Of a stretch of DNA of 64,000 nucleotides, positions 1 to 22,289 are shown piece after piece. Position 1 is the stretch's first letter. Every line of letters begins with the position of its first letter. The translations under genes were made by a program, and so were the position numbers. Below the pieces are notes generated by a model. That model was not told the DNA's origin, made no database searches, and saw only the letters and a list, made by a program, of their open reading frames with translations. Source of the stretch: Guillardia theta CCMP2712 (Eukaryota; Protista; Cryptophyta); contig NW_005434494.1 of the NCBI RefSeq assembly GCF_000315625.1, forward strand, positions 34,592 to 98,591, in the 5' to 3' direction.

Positions 1-731
1 CGATCAGGACGGGAAGGAGGAGGACTGAGGTGGCCGTTCTCAGGAAGAGGAGAGAGCGTAGGGATAGAAGTTGGAGAGGACTGAAGGGGAGGAGGAGGAG
101 GAAGAGGAGGAGGAGGAGGAGGAGGAGGAGGCGACATACTTCATGCCGGCCGGTGTTTTGAACCAGTAGGAACCGGGCCAGGACCGAATTTAAAATTAAA
201 GGTTAAAACAACTAAATCATGATTAAGAAGCCAAAATAATATTTAAGAGACTAAATAAAGATTAAGCCCGTGACTCCCCGGCCGCCGCGGTCCCGGTTTC
301 CCTAGTACCGTTCACTAGTCCAGGAATCTCATGCGGCTCCTGGCTTGGACCGTTCGTGCGGCCAGTGACTCCGGAAGTCCGACCACTGGGCCGGAACAAA
401 AAAGGCCGCATATGATCACTGTCGACTTTCCAAACTGAGCGCGGCGGCCCGGGCCACCGACACCGTGGCGGCGGTGTCCACAGCCCGGGCCGCCGCCAGT
501 CACACGCCAGCGCGGCGCCTGTGTCCGACGACCGTACTGACCGTCGTCACGGTGCCACGGTGCTCTGCCAGGTGAGTCGGGAGACTGTTTTCTCTCAGGA
601 GTCAAGTAGCCTCCCGGAGGCCCGGGCCCGGCGCCGACACCGGCCGGACCGTACGGCCCGGGCCGGGGCCCCGGGCCCCCGGGGGCAGATCATTTGCAAG
701 CGCGCCTCAGCGCCAGGATCCAAGCAACATG

Positions 732-1008
732 ACATGTGCGGAGTGAAAGACGGGAGGGGAAGAGAGCGAGGGACTGACCGTGGGCGACGACGAGGAAGAG
801 AAGGAGAGGAAGAGATAGACGTCAAGCTTGACCTGTTCGCATCCCTGATCCCATCCCAGCATGACGTCGAGGGTGACGCGTGTCGTCGAAACGAGATGCG
901 ACTGCACATGAACCCTACGAGCGATCCCTGAGGATGTGGAGGAGGTAAGGAGAGAAGCAGGAGAAACTGTCTTGCTCTTTCTCTTGCTCCTTGTCTTGCG
1001 CCTTATCT

Positions 1009-1075
<67 letters not shown>

Positions 1076-1864
1076 AGCTTTCCTCATCCTCAACACGATG
1101 ACCTGATCTGTGGCGAATCTTTTGAGCAATAGAAGGACAAACAGTGATGAATGCATGGACAGGATACACATATGCACGTTGTGCATTTTTCTTTCAAATT
1201 TGATCGACCCCTCCTCTCTTCTCCTTTGCCTTCAACCTGCGGCGGCGTACAAGATGTCTGCTTGCGGCGGCGTAAAAGAGTTCAAATTGAGAGGTGGAGG
1301 AGAGCATGTGAAGCGGGTTAGTTTGATCAATGCTCTGAAGAGGATGTTCAAATTGATGTTGATGATGTTATCGCTTGCTGCTGCTGCTGCTGCTGCTGCT
1401 GTGTTGTTACAGCTGTTGTCACTACAGGTCTTGTAGCTCTTGATGCTGTTGTTGTCGTCTGAATTTCTTAGTGTGTCTATTGTAGTTTTCCAGCTTTGTT
1501 GTGATGCATATCCTGTTTTTGGACGGTTTAGAGTGAGAAAGTGCAGGCCAGCAAGCCCCCATCAAACAAGACACGTACGTTGCTTCAGGTATGGTGAAGC
1601 TGTTGTGGATTGAGAATGAAATGCTTGCAGACAAAAAACTGAATTCTTTCAAGAAAGAGAAGAAAAGAAGATCCTGGAGGAGACAGGTAGTTCATGGCTT
1701 CTTTGACATTTGTTCTTGACTCGAACAACGTGAACTCTTCGAACAACCACCGTCTTCAGCATCTTCTCAACATCCGCAAAGACAAAAGAGCGAGAGACAA
1801 CAAATCGACAGACCCTGGTGCTATACTCTCTCTCGAGACACTTTCCTTCTGCCTCCCTATCCTT

Positions 1865-1896
<32 letters not shown>

Positions 1897-1897
1897 A

Positions 1898-1986
<89 letters not shown>

Positions 1987-4900
1987 ATCCTCGTCCTCGT
2001 CACTTTTGCCATCCTATTCTCTTTCTTCAATCTCATTTCCTTTCCAACAGGGTCCCAACAAGACGAGGGGTTGTCAGATTTCAAGAACTTGAACCTCCCC
2101 GCTCCCTCCCGTGCACACTCGGGCAGCAGGAGCAAGAAGACCCCGCAGTCCTCTACCCTTCCTCCCGGCCCTCCTCCTCCTCCTCCTCCTCCAACTTCCA
2201 CTCACGGCATCGCCGTAACCAAGGAGATGGGGGAGAAAGGTCTTGACGAGCTGGGAGAGAATGAGTTGGCAGGGAAGGTGAATTCTGCTAGCCGTCTATG
2301 ATGCCTGCGATGACAAGCGATTGGACAGATTCCTTGGGGGTTGAAGGTGGCGAGAAACTTGTGAGAGACTGGTGCTGGTGGTGCTGGTGGTGGTGCTGGT
2401 GGTGCTGGTGCTGGTGCTGGTGCTGCTGGTGCTGGTGGTGCTGGTGCTGGTGGTGCTGGTGCTGGTGGTGCTGGTGCTGGTGCTGGTGCTGGTGCTGGTG
2501 CTGGTGCTGGTGCTGCTGGTGCTTGTGCTTGTGCTTGTGCTTGTGCTTGTGCTTGTGCTTGTGCTTGTGCTTGTGCTGCTTGCTGCTTGCTGCTGCTTGC
2601 TGCTACTGGTGATGCTGGTTACGGTGACAACGGAGGTAGAGATCGAGGTGTAAATGTAGATCGGTGTGTGAGTGTTTGACTATGTGAAACACACCTTGCA
2701 CCCTGTCTCATCCTGCCTGAACTCTCAAATCCCAGCGCCATCGAGAAGAAGGGCCGGACGACTAAGATTCTCGTCAGTGAACCTTCGAGGGCCGGTCAGA
2801 GCATTGCTGATGTGAGGAGCAGGAGCGGATGAAGGAGAAGGAGAAGCGGGAGCAGCAGAATGACCCGCAGCACTACATGACACTAGAGATGCTCGGGGAG
2901 GGGATGCAGATGTCGCAGAAAAACACAACAGTGACCAAGGTCGACCTCTCATACGATGTGAGTGAATTTGCTCCTGTTCTCGTCCTTGCTGATTGTTTCT
3001 CTCCTTCCTCCTCCCTTCTCCCTTCTCGCATGCTCGGCATTCCCTGTTTCCTGCTCCCTTCTTCATGCTTCCTTGTGCCTAATCCCCTCCTTACTTTTCC
3101 TCCCCCCTCTTCCTTTCCTCCTTCTCGCACTCCTCCTCCTCCACCCCCTCCACCACCTCCTCCGTCCTCACCTCTCTCCCCCATCCCCTCCTCTCGCTCT
3201 CTCTTGGTTCTCTTCGTGCTTGTCCCCTCCTCTCTTCGCCTCCTCCTCGCTCCCGTCGCTTTCTCGCTTTCTGCTTTTTTCAGCCTCGAGCTGGTGGGAT
3301 CTCAAGACCCTGCGGATCTTTTGCAGTCTGGGGGAATCCGCATTGGAAACAAAAAATTCGAAGGAAATGCATTGCTGCTGCTGCTGCTGCTGCTGCTCCT
3401 CCTCCTCCTCCTCCTCCTCCTCTTCCTCCTCCTCTCCCCCTCCTCGAATTATTTCTTGCCTGCTGCTGCTGCTGCTGCTTGTTCTTCTCCTCTTCCTCTT
3501 CCTCCTCTTCCTCTTCTCTCCTGATCCTGCTCCTCCCTTCGCTTCTACTCCTTCTCCTTCTCCTTCTCCTGCTCCCTTCTGCTCCTGCTCCTCCCCTCCC
3601 CATTGCCTCTGGACCATTTGCTCTTAATTTCCTGTCCATTTCGCTTCTATCCGTCGTCGCTCTCCCATTAATTTTGTGCTCCGTTCCTCCATCTCCTCCT
3701 CCTTCATCTCACTCATCAGTCTGCTCTGCCTCCTGTCGCAACAGTTTCCCCCCCCCCTTCCTCCCTCCTGACTCTGATGCAGTTGGGCGATCAAGATACG
3801 TGTGCTCAAGGGTCCTCTGTTTGTTGGCCTCCTCCTCCCGCCCTACTCTCCTATCTGTGAGATCGTTTGTCTCTTCTCGTCACTGCTACTGTCCTTTCCT
3901 CCCTTGTCTCTCCTTTACCGACATCTCATTCTCCCCCACCTCCTCTTCTTCGTTTTCTGTTTAACCATACTCTCCTCTCCTCTCCCCTCCTCTCCTCTCC
4001 TCTCCTCTCCTCTCCTCTCCTCTCCTCTCCTCTCCTCTCCTCTCCTCTCCTCTCCTCTCCTCTCCTTGTGCCACCTTCTTGCTCGCTCTTTCCTTCTCGC
4101 TCCCTGCTCCCTCTTCCGTGCTCTTGTTCTCTCGCCGTGTCTTGCCTCGTTCTAGCTCGTCGGCACTTCCGTTCTCTCGCTTCCGATTTCTTTGTCCCTG
4201 TGCACCTTGCTGTTTCTGCTCCTTCTCCTTCTCCTGCTCGTTCTCCTGCTCGTTCTCGTTCTCGTTCTCCTCCTCCTCTCCATCTTCTCCCCGTCCCACC
4301 TCCCTCCCCTCCTCGTTTTCCTCCCAAGCTCCTCTCTCCTCACTGACGTCTCCCTCCAGTATGCGACGGCTCCGATCTCTCATCCCCTGCTTGGATGCTC
4401 AGCTCCCAGGGCCTCGTATATCGGATCGGCTTCGCAGGCAGGGAGCTGCTCAACCCCCGCAAGAGCTTCAACATCCCTGAGCAGCGGAAGCTGCAGCTGC
4501 AGGAGGGGCACGTCGTGGTCCTGTCGCATGCTCCGCACGCCTCCAAGTTGACGGTCACGGTCCACAAGCATGGAGGTTGGCGAGCTTCCTTCACACTGCA
4601 CGACGTCCCTCCTCTTGCCAGGCCCTTCGTCAACCTGCTCAACGTCGGCGACTCTTTCAAGATCCTTAAGAGCGCGAGAGCTCGAAAAGCTATCGACTCG
4701 CTGGCGAAGAAAGCAGACACGAGGCCTGTCGCTCCCAAGATGTAAGTCAACCATGAAGGATGAAAAAATGTGGGGAGAACTGTGCGAAGTGGTGTGACGA
4801 GGAGGAGTGCGATGAGGAGGAGGAGGAGGAATCGATGGTGCTGGTGCTGGTGCTGGTGCTGGTGCTGGTGCTGGTGCTGGTGCTGGTGCTGGTGCTGCTG

Positions 4901-5113
4901 AGGAGAGCTGACGAATGTGGCAGGGGTTACAAGCAGAGGCAGCAGGAGAGAGAGGAGAGGCACATGGAGAAGCTGAGAGCAGAAGAGCTGAGCAGCTATG
5001 AAGACTCTCAGCACATGGTGACCTTTGACAAGGTACTTCATCAAGACTCGCTCTTCGAGGAGGAGGACGGTAGGCTGGACACTGCGTTAGGGATAGACGA
5101 CCCGGAAGTTTGA
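732..5113 (+). CDS. Hypothetical multi-exon protein, start uncertain
   Basis: Coding-like blocks bounded by AG/GT sites between microsatellite introns: ~2051-2277 (SDFKNLNLPAP...ENELAGK), ~2823-2957, ~3284-3362, 4360-4741 (WMLSSQGLVYRIGFAGRELL...), ~4906-5113 ending DDPEV*. No family recognised. Confidence 0.5.
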
Positions 5114-5474
5114 TGGAGGGGGTAGAGGAAAGTAAAGATGAGAGGGTAGCGCAGGAAAGAATCTCTGTGAGAGAGGATAGTGCGTAAAAGTCTATGCATG
5201 CAGGAGGTAGAGATTGCGGGGGGCCATTGCAATGAGCAGCAGCTCGCATACTTTGCTTTACAAGTTCATTGAAAGAAATACACTTGTTTTGCTAATCAAA
5301 CAACCAATCCAACATCCTCATCCCTTTTTTTTCTTTTTCTTCGTGCATTGTTTTTTTCCGTTTCATGGAAGCAATCTTCCCTATCGATACACCTTTCCAT
5401 CAAGAAAGCTCGAGCGTTCCAATATGAATTAACTCGCAACAACCACACTGCAACCATCGACAAATCTCCTTGAT

Positions 5475-5795
5475 TTACTTCTGCACTCCAGGGTGGACGT
5501 GGTTCTCAGTGCCAGGGTACTTGGAGGCATACTGGCTGGCAACAGAGATGTCGACGTTCTTGCGCTGCCAGTAGACGTTCCTTCCAGTCTCCGGACCCTG
5601 CTGGCGGATTCCAAGATCGTAAAGCTTCCAGGTACCGAATGCAGAGACAAACGAGACCAGGGCGACAAGAGGAAGGGCATCAGGCTTGGCCCAGCGAGCA
5701 GCCCAGCTTCCCTGGGTGTTGGGAAGAGCAGCGAAGGATCTCCTGAGGGCAGGGGAAGAGCGAGCGGCGGCGGAGCGTACGGTAGCAGCGAGCAT
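5475..5795 (-). CDS. Small single-TM mitochondrial protein, B12D/NDUFA4-like
   Basis: Intronless 106-aa ORF with a good start context (ccgccATG), an Ala/Arg/Ser-rich presequence-like N-terminus, and RWAKPDALPLVALVSFVSAFGTWKLY, which resembles the B12D/NDUFA4 W..PE.YPL...V TM motif. Confidence 0.65.
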   Translation of the reverse strand: MLAATVRSAAARSSPALRRSFAALPNTQGSWAARWAKPDALPLVALVSFVSAFGTWKLYDLGIRQQGPETGRNVYWQRKNVDISVASQYASKYPGTENHVHPGVQK

Positions 5796-7020
5796 GGCGG
5801 AACAGAAGCGGAGTTACTGTGTGGGGGGGCGGAAGACAATTTAAAGGGGTAGGGGGTACCTAAAGTGGTAGGAGATAGGGGAGAGAATGAGGAGGAGAAG
5901 GGAGAGGTGAGTTTATATAGAGGGAGACTCGAGGGGGAGGCCGGGTAGGGGAGCGGGGCAGGGGTTAAAGAATGAGGGTACAGTGGAAGGGTGGGGGTAG
6001 TGATTGGGATAATTGCTGAGGTACAGGAAGGGGTATAGAGGATGGTAGGGTAGGTAGTGATCTGGTCGTATGTGGGGTGGGGGTATTATTATACCCTACC
6101 TTTTGATTTAGTTTTCTGGGGGAAATATGTGGTAGATTGTAAATAGTACGACAGCGCGAGGTAGGGTTGTTCTTCGTTTCTTGATGGTAGGGGTAGTAAA
6201 GGGTCGCTTTATCAAGGGTAGGGGTTCCATTTCGTTGAAGGGGGTGGTCGCATAACTGAAAGGGGGTGGATATACCCATGAAATTGTAGGTTTGTATGGT
6301 GGGTGATAAAACGAAAAAGCTAGTTTTCACATCATCCGGCCTCATCTACAGTTTAAGCCCTGTGGAGGACCCTTCAAGTTGGCGAAATGAATGAACATAT
6401 TGTGAAAGGATCATGTATATTTATTTTATAATTTGAACAATAAAGTACAAATTTCAAAATTATTTCTCTATTGACAGCCATATTGCATTGGAATGTGCAA
6501 CATCGTGGCTTTCGAAATCAACGTATGACCGACACTTGCGCCCTGACGTCAACAGCATAGAAGAGTACCCGGTCCATATGCTTCAAAATCAATCAATGGG
6601 AGGGGTGGGGGTAGCGTCATCGTTGGGATTGAGGGAGAAACAGGGGTAGGGTCCACTCAGCGGCTGACAATGGAAGTAGCGTCTGGCGTGAGAAGGGCAG
6701 AGAATTCAAATAAGGAAATTTAGTTATAGAAATGTGACTGCCCTCAGTCAGTCGAGGCTCACAAGGCTACCTCAAGTGTTTCTTGTAAACTCAGTGAGAG
6801 AACGTGTTCGGACTCATTCGTCGGGCCCGGGGCGGCCCACCCGGCGCTCCCTACCCTACCCTGACAAATCATCTTTCTACCCTTGATTTGACTGAATTAG
6901 ACATGAGCTGAAGGGGGTGGGCGGTGGAAGGGACCCTGATTTCCTTCTATCTCTATGGAGATTCCTTGCAAAGGAGTCGCTATGGGGCGTGCGAGGGAGG
7001 CAGCGGCGGGGGAGAGATGA

Positions 7021-15662
<8,642 letters not shown>

Positions 15663-15754
15663 TCTTACTTCACTCCTCCTCCTTCCTCCTCCTTCTCTCA
15701 GCTGCCCCCCTCCTCCTCCCAGCTGCTGCTCCTTCCTTTCTCCTCTTCACTTCG

Positions 15755-18452
15755 CTACTTTGGCGCCTTGCCGCGCTTGTGGTAGAGCCCTTGGACGAGC
15801 GTCAGGATGTGGGTGATAGCCTGAAGGAGGGGGTGAGATAGGAGGGAGCAACATGGAACAACAACCTCTGACAGATCTGTCTCAACCTGCTGTAAACGTC
15901 TCGACCTCTCGTCCATCTTGGCGATCAGCTCTTGCTCCCACGGTTGAATCTCCTTGACCTCCGGCGGCACCACCTTCCCTTCCTTGTCCACGACCTGCGG
16001 GACGATCCCAACGGCCTTCATTACCTTCTCCAGCTCCTTTCTCACGCTCCCCGCCTCCTTACTGCAGACTGCAATCTGCTCTTCAAGCTGCTTCCTTCTT
16101 CGAATCCGCTTCTCCTTCTTGGTCAGCATCACCTCGTAATTCATGCCCCCGTACTTATCCTCTCCTTCCAACGGCTGCTTGCTCCTGTTCCTCTTCCCGT
16201 CCTCGTCGCTCCCAAACTTCACTCCGCTCAGCATCACCAGCTCCTCCCCGCTCTCACTATCAGTATCACTGTAGTACATCGCCCCTCCTCCTCTCTTCAT
16301 CACTCCCGCCATGTCGTAGCTCTCGTCTGCGCCCGATCTGTCCAGAACTTTCTCTAGCAGGTTCGCGTATGACGACACTTTGCTCTTGATCTCTGATATC
16401 CTCCTCGACTCCGCCCTTGTGAACGCTCCGAAGTCCCATCGCTCCGGATTCTCGATCCCGCTCTCGAACTTCATCAGGTCCCTCCGGGCCCTCCTGAACC
16501 TCGTCCGCTGCCGCTCTACCAGCCATGACCGTCGGTACATCCACAAGTACTGAATCACTCGCGCTGCGCTCGTCCGCAGGGTCTGGAACAGCTTTGACAA
16601 GCGGAGCCACCCGAAGAACTCGATCTCCTTGGCGTCGAAGCGGAGCAGCAGCCGAATGGCGGCGACCAGCAGCGCAAACCACAAGATGCTGAGGAGGCGG
16701 ATGGCGATGGCGATGAACCTGCCGAAGGAGGTCGAGGGAGTGATGTCTACCTCTCCTACAGGAAGGCCGAGAGCTGTATCCATGACGAACCACAAGGAGT
16801 CCCAGTAGTAGACAGCGATGACGCTGTTGGTGCTGCTCTCCGCTATGCGGAAGACGTAGGAGCCAACTAAGATGAGGGCGAGGAAGAACTGGAAAGATGC
16901 AAGGAATGGGTTCTTGAGGATGAGAAAGCGTATTGCCAGCCAGCTTCCCATGAGATCATCGTTGATCCTCACACCATACTGCCTGCTCTCGAACTTGGCG
17001 AAGAGGTCTGACCTATACCACTTCCACACTTGATATGTGCGACACGTCATGACGATTGCGATGATGCCGTCGAACGAGTACATGCTGGGCCGAGTAGAAA
17101 AGTAAGAGGTTTGCACGATCACGTCAAATTGAAGGAAGGGAATCTGTACGATAGCCAAGGAGACTGCCTCAACAAGGAAAGGGAGAAGGAGCCCGCTCTC
17201 AATCATCGAGTATCTTCTAAGCTTCTTGTCTCTGAACTCAACATGGTTGCGAAGTGCTCGGATCGCGTTCTCGTACTCCAAGGTGACGAACAGGTTCCAT
17301 ATCATCAGCAAGGTAAGGGCAACATTCATGACCTTGAGCTTGGTGAGCGCACTAAGGTTGTTGGTGATGGGCAAACACGACAGCTGCATCTTCGAGTCTT
17401 GCTCGGAGTATTGGTAGGAGCAGTAAGAGTTCTCAACGCAGGTAGCAGGATCCGAGAAAGGGTTTCTGCAGTCTTCTGACCAACTCGGCACGTACCCTCG
17501 GAACTGAAACTCGTAGACGATGAGGGCAACGCAGACTGTTAGCCCGACGCAGACTGACTGGATCAACTGGACCTTGTTCTGCAGCTTCTCGAGCACCCGC
17601 CATGTCATCCCTCGCTCGCTGGCAGAGGAGGAAGGGAGGAACCGGAGGCGGAGGATGACGAGGTACGCGTCAAAGTACTCCTCCAACTTGGCGAGCAGAG
17701 CACCGAGGGGAACAAGCACGTACCACGTGAAGACTTGTTCGACAGGGCCCGGGCCGTAGATCGTTCGCAGTCGTTTCTGGTACTCCCTCCTCGCTTGCAG
17801 TCGACTCCTCCACTGCTCGAGCGTTTCCTTCACCCTTGCATACATCAGCCCCGCTAACGTTGTTGGGATACCCTCCCCTTCATCTCCGCCCTCCTCCTTC
17901 ACGCTAGAGCGGACGCTCCCGGATCGAGACGGCAAGAATCTGCGCAGGAGGGAAGGAAGATGAGAGGGCTCCTCCTCTTCCTCCCCCCCAACTCTCTTCT
18001 CATCGTCTCCTACATCCCAATGCCATCGACGTTCAACGGGCTGGAAGGGAAACAATCATTCAGTTGCCAGCTCAAAGAAACAACAATCATCCAGAAACTC
18101 GAAGGGGTTGAAGAACAACAATCATCACGACAAGGGTTTGAGAAACAACAATCATCACGACAACTTGAAGGGGTTGAGAAGTGAAGCAAGGTAAAAAAGT
18201 GAGTTAAAGAAACAACAAGCATCATGGTAGCGTCACATGCTTCACCTGTTTTAAATTGATCCATTCTGCCACTCCTAGCCCACGTCCGACCTGTTCAGTA
18301 CTGTAGGTAGTTCTGCTACTCCTCACCACGAAGTCTTTCCTGTGCTGTTGTAGGAACCAACGGTCATCAGCCTTCAGGAGCGCAGTCATCCCTCAACAAA
18401 CCTCGTCATGTTCAGCCCTCTGCTTCCTCTTCCTCCACTGATCGCTAGACAT
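15755..18452 (-). CDS. SK/KCNN-like (Ca2+/calmodulin-gated K channel family) protein with non-canonical pore
   Basis: 766-aa ORF with a 6-TM layout, pore helix WDSLWFVMDT, S6 and a CaM-binding-like segment AARVIQYLW that aligns by eye with KCNN. Probable 5' exons start at ATG 18452 (MSSDQWRKRK...) and join via an intron at ~18041-18245. Confidence 0.8.
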
Positions 18453-18479
18453 GCTGGAAACAGCCTTGATGGCAGGCGA

Positions 18480-19850
18480 TCAGATCGTTCCAACCGTCAT
18501 GATGCCGCCGCCTGCGCCTTCAGCCCCGGGCTCCCGCCATGATTCCATCACAACTGGGCGAACGGCAGCCAACTCTCGTAGCTCCATCACTTCAGTTCGC
18601 CCGGCCGCGCGCCCGGCCCGACTCGACCGTTCCGCCGCTGTAAAAGTCACTCATCAGTCGGCCGGGACCGCCGGCCGGGCCAGGCTCACCGGCCGGGCGT
18701 CCCGGAGTTCCGAAGCCAGTTCCGAGTCACTTCAAGTTGACAGTCGGACTCAGGACGCCGGTTCACGGTCGGAGTCCGGGCTGTCACAGTCAGTCGGAAC
18801 CGTCTCGGCGGAATTCCCGGAAGCGGCCTAAGTCGGAATCATTGATCGGACTGCCAATGCAGCGGCAGGCTGGCCCGTGGTTATTGATCCGAGTGGCAGT
18901 GGCACGCCCGGACTCTCGGGCCCGGGGACCCGGCGTCACCGGGGGGGACTACTGTTCAACGGTTGTGACGGCGGTGGCACCGCCGGGGTACTCACCCGGT
19001 GACCGGGCCGGGTATCGGATCCCGCGGCCGGTGGCGGCGAACTCGGAAACGTGAAACGAACACTGCCGCGGCCGCCCGCCCGAATCCGAGCCTCCGACCG
19101 AGTCAGATCATCGGATGCGATCGGACAGTGTGGCCCGGGGCAAGTGAAAGTTGCAGCGCGGAGGCTCGTCGGAGCCTGCCGCTGAGCGCCGCGGTACCGT
19201 ACCGTAAGTACCGTCACAGTCACCTACTAGGTGAGGCGTGCCGCACGGTGTCAGTAGTACCGTACCGTACTGTAGTACCAACGTTGTCGGAACACTATAA
19301 TCGTGACTGAGCGGCCCCTGAGTCAGTGCGGCCGCCGGCGGCGGGCCGCGCCGGCGGCGCCTGGGCCGGGCGCGGCGGCCCGCCGGCACTCAGTGGCCCT
19401 GAGGACTGGCGAGTCACAAAGTTTATGGGGCCGCAACTTAGTTACTCAGTCAAGCAATCACTGCCTCGGAGTCCGACTTGAAGCGCGCGGCGGGCCGGGC
19501 AGCGCGCCCGACGGTGACCTCAGTGACCGTCGACTCTGGCGTCGGCGGTCATTGCCAATCATGCCAGGGCCCGGGCGGGGCCCGGGCGCCCCCGGCGCCC
19601 CCCGCCGAGTCGGGCCCGTATACACGGACCGTAGTAGGCTACGGGACACGGTACGGTATCCGAGCCTGAGTGAACCCACCCGGTGACCCGGTCCGATCAC
19701 GACCGTACCGGGCCTCAGGGCCTGGCAGCGGCGGCCCGGCCCGGCAGTCACGGTCACTCACCGGGCCCAGCGGCGGGCGTTGCTAGTAGCCAAGTGGCTA
19801 CGGTTGTTTTACTGCTCCACGTCACAGTCACGGGCGCCGCACACGGACTG
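18480..19850. promoter_or_regulatory. GC/CpG-rich intergenic island between divergent genes
   Basis: Abrupt compositional shift, rich in CCGG, GGCC, GTAC and TGAC words. Similar islands at ~270-720, ~31200-32400 and ~55230-55900. Confidence 0.45.
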
Positions 19851-20385
19851 AAAAGTTTTTGTACCCGTGATCGACTTCTGTCAGGATAAAAATATCTTTT
19901 TATGGGAGTTCTAGATTCGAAATCGCTTCTCTTCCCTTCCTTGTCTCCTACGTCGTTTTCTACCGCACCCCTCCGGACTTCCGGTGAGGACCTGAAAAGA
20001 GATCCTTTCGCTCTCTTGTTCCTAGAAAAACACCTTTTCGTCCTTACAACTCGTGAAAAGCATATCTGGATACCCACCCCACCCCCACACTTCCCCAGAT
20101 CTCCTTCAGGTCCAGAACGGGGTGGCATCCAGATAATGATGCGGACACCACCCCCAAAACTCCTATCTATAATTAATGGGGAATATGGGGGGTGACAGGT
20201 GGTCCCGACACCTCCTTCCCGCGTCTTGTTCCGGGGGCCTCTCTTGATAAGGTTCTGACCTCAACTAGTTCCCTGTCCCATCCTTCCTCTCCTCCTACCC
20301 TCCCTTCCCTCTCCTTCTTCCAACCCCCCCCCCTCTCCTCCTGGCATCACAGCTCGCAGTCAAATCTTTGTGTGACCTGCTCACG

Positions 20386-20995
20386 ATGAGCGGAGACGTA
20401 GAAGCAACGCCTGCGCGAACAGTGGTACACATCTTGCCCCGAACAAAGCGGAACGATATCACTCCACCTCAAGAGGACAGAAGACTCGTTTCTGTCACCA
20501 TTGAAATGCTACAAAAGCTCCTCAACCTCAAGCAGTCAGACGCCGCCAAGGAGCTGGTGAGGAGCCTACCGCACGCTGTTTGTGGAGCCTCGCCTTTGTG
20601 ATTGCTGACTGCCATGACAGGGGATCTCACTGACGGCCCTGAAGTCTGTGTGCAAGAGCCTCGGCGTGACCAAGTGGCCCTACCGCAGGACAGTGTATCG
20701 CCGAGTCAGAACGGAGAGGAAGAAACCATCCGAGGGGACAAGGGCTGATGAAGATGGGCACCAGCAGCAAGAGGGCAGCGAGACGGGGAACAGCGCGGAC
20801 GAGGAAGGAGGGGGTGAAGCTCAACAGGAAGTGGATGCTGGAGAGAAACAAAGTAGATCATGCGGTGGGCCTAGCAGCTGCTGGTATATACCAATCACCG
20901 GGCTGTCAGAGGGAAGAAGGGCGAGGCGGTTGGACGACGAGACGAGTAACATTATGGATGAAGCCCTGCACCATCTGGAATGCTGGTTTGGTTAG
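20386..20995 (+). CDS. RWP-RK domain transcription factor (copy 1; intron 20557-20620)
   Basis: VTIEMLQKLLNLKQSDAAKEL|GISLTALKSVCKSLGVTKWPYRR matches the RWP-RK consensus; GT-AG intron in phase 0. Confidence 0.9.
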
Positions 20996-21532
20996 ATGGT
21001 CCATCTTTTTCAAGTTAGACTACAAACAAGTTGACCGATCACTAAGTTCTAGATCAATCTCAGTGTTTTCGTAGCTTCCATGGAAAAACGGCAAGATTAA
21101 GATAGAGGGAAGATGTGCACTAAAGAATTCATGAATTTCGTTGATGCAGCAGATGATACTCTGATCTTTCCCCTTTCCTCGCGATGTCTGTCTTCAGGCT
21201 CGATATGATATCTTGTTCATACCCACGCATGCTTCAATCAGCGACTCCTTCCCCGGGAGGCTTGAACTCGCCATTGCCAGTGCGTACCATGGTCGTCACT
21301 GAATTCCAACTGCAGTCGATTCATATCGTTCAACGACGGACCGCAAGAGGAAGATAAAGATGAGAACATGCTCTACGTGGTGATATGATCATTCAGAATC
21401 GAGCCTACTCAGGTCCGGTGCCGAGCAGGAACAATCATTTGAATCGCATCCAAGAAATGTCAAACTTCGACGGCAGTCCTGGGAGAGAACTTATTAGGGA
21501 CAGTTACTACCAAGTAACTTACTCAAATTTAA

Positions 21533-21855
21533 GGCCCGACTCTAGCCTCATGACGCGGCTACATGAAGCCGTGAAAAGTAATCGATACGGTATATTATAT
21601 TTTAAATTGATTTAAAAGTATAATATTTCAATAATATTTCAACGTTTCGAAATGTCGTTCCATGTTGTAAACTGTGTAGTACAGAGTGTGTAGCCGCGAA
21701 ATTTCGCGGTTACGCACGCGGCTACACTCCTATAAACTAAACTTTTAGTATTGCAATCGAACAGTATTTTGTTCAATTGCCCTTAGGTAAATTCAAATTC
21801 CAAATAACTTCTTTTCGATGCGTAGCCGCGTGCGACATGAGGCTAGAGTCGGCCC
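21533..21855. mobile_element. MITE, PIF/Harbinger (Tourist)-like
   Basis: TIRs GG(C/G)CCGACTCTAGCCTCATG at both ends, TAA target duplication (21530-21532 and 21856-21858), AT-rich non-coding interior with an internal hairpin at ~21687-21728. Confidence 0.85.
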
Positions 21856-22289
21856 TAAGTTAAAAATCAGTACGAGGACAATCAGGAGAGTCGAGGAGTA
21901 AATAAACAGCCTATATAAAAATCTTCGGGATATTATTATAGTTTTAAATATTTGAAATGATACATTTTCATGAACGAGAATTTACCTCGAGATAGCATCC
22001 ACGAGATTGGGCAGAAAAAGTCAATGCAAGGCTCAATCGGGGGTACTCAGCCTACTGCATTTCATAGCAAAGCCTCTAATACCAAACGCTTCAGCCTGTT
22101 TGACTGTCGATTGGCCCCTTTACAAAAGTCGACTCCCTTGCAGCCACTACCCTCACCCCCTCTTCCTTTCTTACACAGTGCACCGCCTCACGCCCTGCCC
22201 AAGATAGCCCTGACCTACCAGCCCCAACACCAAGGAGAGCTTCACTCGACACGTCGTTCCATATCCGTCCATCCCTTCACTGAGAAGCC

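Noticed and set aside
1-137. Possible 5' end of a minus-strand Pro-rich gene (MSPPPPPP...)
   Set aside because: Open to the window edge but low complexity and too short to support.
1694-4551. Many overlapping low-complexity ORFs (poly-S, PR, VL, CW etc.)
   Set aside because: They are stop-free readings of intronic microsatellites.
18451-19889. Arg/Pro/Gly-rich ORFs in GC islands (also 31120-32383)
   Set aside because: Expected from high GC; no motifs and no consistent frame or splice pattern.
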